The notes under the pieces: model-generated
Told to the model about the DNA's origin: nothing
The model's database searches: none
Seen by the model: only the letters and a program-made list of their open reading frames with translations
Part shown: piece after piece, positions 57,790 to 64,000 of the stretch
Position numbering within the stretch: position 1 is the first letter of the stretch
Layout of the letters: the number at the start of each line of letters is the position of its first letter
Origin: the human T2T-CHM13v2.0 reference genome, Homo sapiens
Direction: 5' to 3' (one strand)
Assembly (NCBI RefSeq): GCF_009914755.1
Contig: NC_060932.1
DNA length: 64,000 nucleotides
Translations under genes and position numbers: made by a program

Positions 57790-58133
57790 GTAAGGTAAAG
57801 ACTGCTGTTGAGCTTGCTGTTACTGAGGGCGCACAGACCCTGGGGAGACCGAAGCTTGCCACTGCGGGATTCTGTGGGGTAACCTGGGTCTACGGAAGTT
57901 TCCTGAAAGAGGGGAGAAGGGTTTGCATTTTTCCTATGGAGGATTCTTCTCTCTCTAGCATTTCGTTTGATGTATTCAACTGGTAGAAGTGAGATTTCAA
58001 CAGGTAGCAGAGAGCGCTCACGTGGAGGAGGTTTGGGGCGCCGCGGCGCCACCCCCACCCCTCCTCGGGACCGCGCCTATTTCTAAAGTTACACGTCGAC
58101 GAACTAACCTATGCTTTAAATTCCTCTTTCCAG
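57790..58133 (+). other. NPBWR1: Probable 5'-UTR intron of NPBWR1 (344 bp)
   Basis: Donor CAG|GTAAGG at 57789/57790; branch point AACTAAC at 58102-58108; pyrimidine tract ttcctctttc then CAG ending 58133; no ATG between 58134 and the CDS start. Confidence 0.75.
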
Positions 58134-58330
58134 CCCCGTGAGTCCGCGGCGACATTGGGCCGTGGGGTGGCTGGGAACGGTCCCCTCCTCCGGAAAAACC
58201 AGAGAACGGCTTGGAGAGCTGAAACGAGCGTCCGCGAGCAGGTCCGTGCAGAACCGGGCTTCAGGACCGCTGAGCTCCGTAGGGCGTCCTTGGGGGACGC
58301 CAGGTCGCCGGCTCCTCTGCCCTCGTTGAG

Positions 58331-59317
58331 ATGGACAACGCCTCGTTCTCGGAGCCCTGGCCCGCCAACGCATCGGGCCCGGACCCGGCGCTGAGCTGCT
58401 CCAACGCGTCGACTCTGGCGCCGCTGCCGGCGCCGCTGGCGGTGGCTGTACCAGTTGTCTACGCGGTGATCTGCGCCGTGGGTCTGGCGGGCAACTCCGC
58501 CGTGCTGTACGTGTTGCTGCGGGCGCCCCGCATGAAGACCGTCACCAACCTGTTCATCCTCAACCTGGCCATCGCCGACGAGCTCTTCACGCTGGTGCTG
58601 CCCATCAACATCGCCGACTTCCTGCTGCGGCAGTGGCCCTTCGGGGAGCTCATGTGCAAGCTCATCGTGGCTATCGACCAGTACAACACCTTCTCCAGCC
58701 TCTACTTCCTCACCGTCATGAGCGCCGACCGCTACCTGGTGGTGTTGGCCACTGCGGAGTCGCGCCGGGTGGCCGGCCGCACCTACAGCGCCGCGCGCGC
58801 GGTGAGCCTGGCCGTGTGGGGGATCGTCACACTCGTCGTGCTGCCCTTCGCAGTCTTCGCCCGGCTAGACGACGAGCAGGGCCGGCGCCAGTGCGTGCTA
58901 GTCTTTCCGCAGCCCGAGGCCTTCTGGTGGCGCGCGAGCCGCCTCTACACGCTCGTGCTGGGCTTCGCCATCCCCGTGTCCACCATCTGTGTCCTCTATA
59001 CCACCCTGCTGTGCCGGCTGCATGCCATGCGGCTGGACAGCCACGCCAAGGCCCTGGAGCGCGCCAAGAAGCGGGTGACCTTCCTGGTGGTGGCAATCCT
59101 GGCGGTGTGCCTCCTCTGCTGGACGCCCTACCACCTGAGCACCGTGGTGGCGCTCACCACCGACCTCCCGCAGACGCCGCTGGTCATCGCTATCTCCTAC
59201 TTCATCACCAGCCTGAGCTACGCCAACAGCTGCCTCAACCCCTTCCTCTACGCCTTCCTGGACGCCAGCTTCCGCAGGAACCTCCGCCAGCTGATAACTT
59301 GCCGCGCGGCAGCCTGA
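58331..59317 (+). CDS. NPBWR1: Neuropeptide B/W receptor type 1 (GPR7), class A GPCR, 328 aa, intronless CDS
   Basis: ORF MDNASFSEPWPANASGPDPALSCSNAS...; 7 hydrophobic helices; GN (TM1), NLAIAD (TM2), DRY at 133-135, CWTPY (TM6), NPFLY (TM7); three N-terminal NAS glycosylation sequons; good Kozak context gagATGG; opioid/somatostatin-receptor-like and recognised as NPBWR1. Confidence 0.98.
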   Translation: MDNASFSEPWPANASGPDPALSCSNASTLAPLPAPLAVAVPVVYAVICAVGLAGNSAVLYVLLRAPRMKTVTNLFILNLAIADELFTLVLPINIADFLLRQWPFGELMCKLIVAIDQYNTFSSLYFLTVMSADRYLVVLATAESRRVAGRTYSAARAVSLAVWGIVTLVVLPFAVFARLDDEQGRRQCVLVFPQPEAFWWRASRLYTLVLGFAIPVSTICVLYTTLLCRLHAMRLDSHAKALERAKKRVTFLVVAILAVCLLCWTPYHLSTVVALTTDLPQTPLVIAISYFITSLSYANSCLNPFLYAFLDASFRRNLRQLITCRAAA

Positions 59318-59970
59318 CTCCCCCAGCGTCCGGCTCCGCAACTGCCCGCCACTCCTGGCCAGCGAGGGAGGAGCCGGCGCCAGAGTGCGGGACCAGACAG
59401 GCCGCCTAGGCCTCCTGGGGAAACCGACTCGCGCCCCATACCCGACCTAGCAGATCGGAAGCGCTGCGACTGTGCCCGCAGGTTGACCTTGCCAAGCCCT
59501 CCAGGTGATGCGCGGCCATGCCGGGTGAGGAGAACTGAGGCTGAGATCGCCACACTGAGGGCTCCCTAAAGCCGAGGTGGAGGAAGAGGAGGGTAGAGGA
59601 GGAGGGCGGTATTGCTGGGAACCGCCCCCTCCCTGCCCTGCTCCCTGCTGCCCCACCCGAGCCCTGGCAGTCTGGAACCTGGCTGGAGTCGGAACTCTCC
59701 GCGCCTTCGAAGGGAGGCCCGAGGACGCTGCCGGCGCCCCCAGGCGTCGGCTCCGCGCGGCCCCTGCTGTAGCTGGCGCACAGCCCCGGCGGGTCCCCTT
59801 GTCCTCCGCGCGCTCTGGGAAGACGGTCAGGCGCGCGCGTTTGGCGCCCACCCCTGTGAGACCCGCTTGGCCTGGCGCCGCGGGCGGGGACCGCTGCCGA
59901 GGCCGCCAGCGCCTCTTCAACTGGGGAAAACACAACAACTCGGGATGCCCCATCGGAGTGTGTATACACC

Positions 59971-59999
59971 TGTGTGTGTGTGTGTGTGGTGTGCGCGCG
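59971..59999. repeat. (TG)n(CG)n microsatellite downstream of the NPBWR1 CDS
   Basis: Direct reading. Confidence 0.9.
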
Positions 60000-62128
60000 T
60001 TTGCGGAGGCATGAAATGCGGGGAAAGAGGCTGGCGCTTGGCAGTGACTGCCTAGAATATGATACGAATAGTGATCCTTCTTTCTGTCTGCCCCTACTCC
60101 TTTTCTTTGCCTTTTCCCTTTCCTATCCGTGATCTCCCCTGAAAATGTCAGACTCCCGGAGCAAGGAACCCGGAGTAGCCCGGGCGCGCGGTTCCGGCGC
60201 CCCCTGGAGGAGCCAGCGGCCGAGTGCTTAGCGTCGGAGGATCGCGGGGCTTTGTGGTGGAGCACTCCGGCTGAGCGCGCTTCACAGCGCTGTGGCACAC
60301 TGGTCATCGTTGCTTATAGAGGATGCCAAGCCCCACCCCCATTCCCCCAATTGGCCTCGTCTCTTGTCTTACTTAGATCAGTTTGTTGTAACTGTTCATG
60401 TGTGTACTGTTTTTCAGGACTGAAAACTTTATAAATAATGTACATGTCCTAATCTCACGAGTTGCCATGAAGATCAAATAAGATAAAAAGAAATGCGATC
60501 TATTCTCTTGTGTTCCCTTTCTCCTCTGCTTCCTTGGCTCCGCCTTAGGGAGAGCAGGAAGCAGGGATGACCGACGGCTTCAGGTTTTCTCTGCTGTACT
60601 TTTCACAGGGAGCTGTGGATTACCTGGGCTTTATTCCTTACTTGTAGACGGCATCCGGTAGGTAGTCCCGGTAAACCGGGTAAATACTGGTCCTGGAGTC
60701 ACCAGGGAGATTGGCCAGCATCCTACCTGTGTTTTTGTCTCTGCATATGGAAGACAAAGTGGATTAAGAGAGAGGACTGGCATTGGGTTTGCCCAATCCT
60801 CTGCAGTTTAGCCTTAGACATGAGGGCCGAACCCTAAGCAAAGTCTGGTAATTGATTATGGTGTTTTAAAAGGTATTAATCTTTAGGATGAAGTCCAAAC
60901 AGGATGAAAATTTCTACAAATGTTTGTTTCCTATGTCATGTGTGAGAAAAAAAAATGTGAGTGTTGCAGCACATTTTGTTTGCTTAGTTTGGCATCTTCA
61001 ATCAATTTCTCAATTATTTAGGTTGAAAATAGCTTTTAATAAATATTTGGAAGGAAAAAACTCCCCCTTGGAATGGGGGGAAGCAAACCCCCTCTCTAAT
61101 TTTGGTGAATAAGAATTGCTTTCTTAGCTCTCAGAGTTTTTAGGAACATTGAAATAATTCATAGCCATCAGTTTAGAAAATATACATTAAAAAACCTTCT
61201 GTCTTGGGTGGCAAATAATAGTAAATTGTTTAAAAGAAAGTTTTCATCTACAATGAGTTTCGAGTGGTGGACCTCATGGCATTTGAACAGGCCTCTCTCT
61301 GCTGGCCGGCTTCGGAGGCTTCTTGGAATTCATTTTAATATCTTTCGAATTTCTAGGAAACATTCTATTGATTTTCCTTAAACTCTCAAAATTATCTCAT
61401 GAATCCTCTGTAACTTTTCAAAATTAAAGTTTTAAACTTAGAGTAACTTCTAGATTACCTAAGGTGATGGACAAAGAGTAAGGTGAACATTTGGCTACAA
61501 ACACAGCTGGAGTGATTGTCTGGATTCAGTATCTCATCTGTCTTAATAAGCTCAGTAACTGGACTCAGATGGGGGACAGCTGAGTGATCCATCTGTCCAC
61601 TGTTTCATCCCTACAGTAGATTGACCTCGAGCCTTCTTGGAATCTATGGAGATGACTGCTGGAAAAATACACGGGCTGACATTGCTGTTCATCCCCAGCA
61701 AGGCATGGACTGGCTTCTGAGTATGCCTGTGGGATTAATCAGGTCTCAGCAGTTGAGTTCCTCCTGGGCTTTCTGATCACTGGATAAACTGTTGTATCAT
61801 TATTTCTAGGTCGTTGCCCTTCATACGAGCATGTAGACTGTATATCTCAGGCTTCCTTTTTATGTCTTGGGTAATCGGTTGAATAAATACACACATAAGC
61901 CAGGCAAAAGTAGAATTTATTCACATCATTGTATTGCAAAGGTTTTAACACTGTGTTGAATTCTTGCAGTTTCTGTGTAAACTCTATGGTTTGGTTTTAC
62001 CACTTTGAATAGTTAAAAATGTCTATTTGCTTTTACTTAATTTAGTGCAGTTATGTAATGTGTATGCTTATGTTTTCTCTTGACAAACGCAGAAACTCTG
62101 TAGTCCATTGTAGAGGAGCTCAGTTTAA

Positions 62129-62134
62129 AATAAA
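62129..62134 (+). terminator. Candidate polyadenylation signal for a long NPBWR1 3'UTR
   Basis: AATAAA followed by GT/T-rich sequence; one of several AATAAA hexamers downstream (e.g. 61038, 61882), so usage is uncertain. Confidence 0.3.
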
Positions 62135-64000
62135 AGCTGAAACATTCTGTGTGATAAGTGAACATTCTATTTTCTGAGAACAAGTTATCCACAATTAAGT
62201 CACCTTAGCATTTGTGCAGTGTTACTATTTAAAAATACTGCCTTCATTGGAAAAGTGATCCAATGAATACTCAATGAATAAATAGAAGTATTTGACAGGA
62301 CAAAATTAAGAATGAACACCCCCACCCCTTAATTTGGTTGATTGTGAAAATGATGCAAAGCTGCTGATAAACACAGAGATTCCAGAACTTATGCTGGGCA
62401 GAGAAAGGATGCTAAACTTCTATCATACCATCAAAAGCCTCATTTCTTAAATATTTGAGCAGCTATGTGGAGGGGGAGAAGGGAAGAGAAATTGCTTCAA
62501 TTATTAGTATACACATTGCTATCAGCAATATGCATAGACATAGCACAAATATGCAAGGTGGAGAATCTCACCTGAAAAACTCACGAACTTATTATAAACC
62601 CTTCTTTCCTCAGCAACATGCTGGGAAAACAACAGCAAGACAAAAAAACAGTAAACTCTCCTTGGATATTAATCATCTATGCTTATGCACATTAAGAAAG
62701 AGATCAGAGAATTCTGCCCATAATGGTCTTTTATTAGCACAGCTTTGGGTCTGGCACTTCGGCCCCCATTTTACATACAAAGAAAGTGAGATACAAGGAA
62801 GTGGATCAATTTAGCCAGGCCCACAAAGATCAGTGAAGACCAATCAGAGCCACCCAGTTCCCATTCTATTCTAGGAATTGTGTCATCTTGTTTCAGCAGA
62901 GATGGAATTCGTTGCAATGTGTAATTTGGAAATATTAGACTAGAAAACAATGATGTCTTTTAAATATTTAGTAGATTAAGCAAGCTGTATCTACCATTAG
63001 CTCATACGAGATAAAGGGAGGGTAAGATTTAATATTATAAAACTTCAATCTTAATTCAGAGACTTACAAAGTGTATGGGATTGTTGAAAGTTATATGAGA
63101 ATAAAAATTCCTAACAGAGCTGTCACACAAAGGCACCATGTGCATAGCAGCCTCCACGCTTTATGTACGTGGAACTGTGCCCCAGAGGGACTATTCATAT
63201 AGGAGACAATGCTAATGATGGCTGTACTCTGTAGAATGGAGCTTTGCAATGGATGATGCTGTCCTTGAATTTAGGGCAAGGGAAATGTATTTGTTTATAC
63301 CATATCTCATAAGGTTACATTGGTGACATCATGTTAAATAAAAATAAAAGATGGAAAAAGGGAAGGAAATTTAAAATGATATTGCTCAGAAACTGTCAGA
63401 ATGCATGAACTGCATGCTTCCCACAGTCCAGAAGATTTCTCTTGGGCCTGGGGGGCAATAGTGCACACAGACCTGATGCTCTGTTGGGCCAAGACCCAGG
63501 GAGCGGCTCACCATCTTCCTGTAAAATCTGGATCTTCTCATATTGTTCGACCAGAAGGTTAACTCACCCCCATTCTGAGGTAACCCAAGGGCCAGAGTCA
63601 CAACTGCAATAACCAGGCCACCGTTTACCACGGAAAGAGTGGGTGTTTGCATAGTCAAAAATGTGGGAGAAATTGCCAGAGTTCCCAAAGGTGAGGGGCA
63701 AATCATTTGTGAATGCTAAATAGTAACAACAAAACGGACATCTTAAATGATTCATCCATTTGCCAAAGAAGCTTCTTCCTTTAGGCAGTGATGAATGATC
63801 TGGTAGAGGAAGAAAGACCAGCCCTATACAGTAACTGTGGTGTGAATGCAGCAATCAAACCTGAAAAGATGTAAATATTTACACCTGCAAAAGTACCAAG
63901 TGAATTATCCACATTTTCCTACATAATACTATTTTGATTCCTTTAACTCCTCTCTTCCAATAAAAATACCACTCTTCATTGCTACATTCTATTTATTCTC

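Larger units (their letters stand above)
57550..60310. promoter_or_regulatory. NPBWR1: CpG island covering the NPBWR1 promoter, CDS and ~1 kb downstream
   Basis: Abrupt rise in GC and CpG density (cgcg, gcgcgc, ggcgg motifs) against CpG-depleted AT-rich flanks; boundaries approximate. Confidence 0.9.

Noticed and set aside
58259-58280. REST/RE1-like half site ttcaggacc in the NPBWR1 leader
   Set aside because: The right half-site GGACAG is absent.
58633-59409. 258-aa overlapping + ORF and other long ORFs across 57465-60434
   Set aside because: GTG or other non-ATG starts, Arg/Pro/Gly/Ala-rich; expected shadow ORFs of stop-poor CpG-island DNA.

Overview
Mammalian, repeat-rich genomic DNA, very probably human chr8q11 (Alu content plus a protein matching NPBWR1/GPR7 as I recall it). 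There is one intact protein-coding gene: NPBWR1, + strand 58331-59317, in a CpG island, with a probable 5'-UTR intron at 57790-58133. Most of the remaining ~57 kb is interspersed repeat (about 18 Alus, MaLR/ERV1/ERVL LTR elements, old L1/L2/MIR, a Tigger-type MITE). The main unexplained signal lies in the unique DNA between these repeats: more than 20 minus-strand segments bounded by pyrimidine-tract-AG acceptors and GT donors. Many have lengths divisible by 3, several are fully open, and long runs are phase-compatible. I read this as a decayed multi-exon gene (candidate unitary pseudogene, ~6.8-55.9 kb) head-to-head with NPBWR1, including a 21-bp heptad repeat with wobble-biased variation. 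I cannot name the protein family and cannot tell whether it is already annotated. Also notable is a perfect 41-bp inverted repeat closing a ~400-bp RY microsatellite 2.5 kb upstream of NPBWR1. All exon calls and repeat subfamily names are by eye and need computational confirmation.
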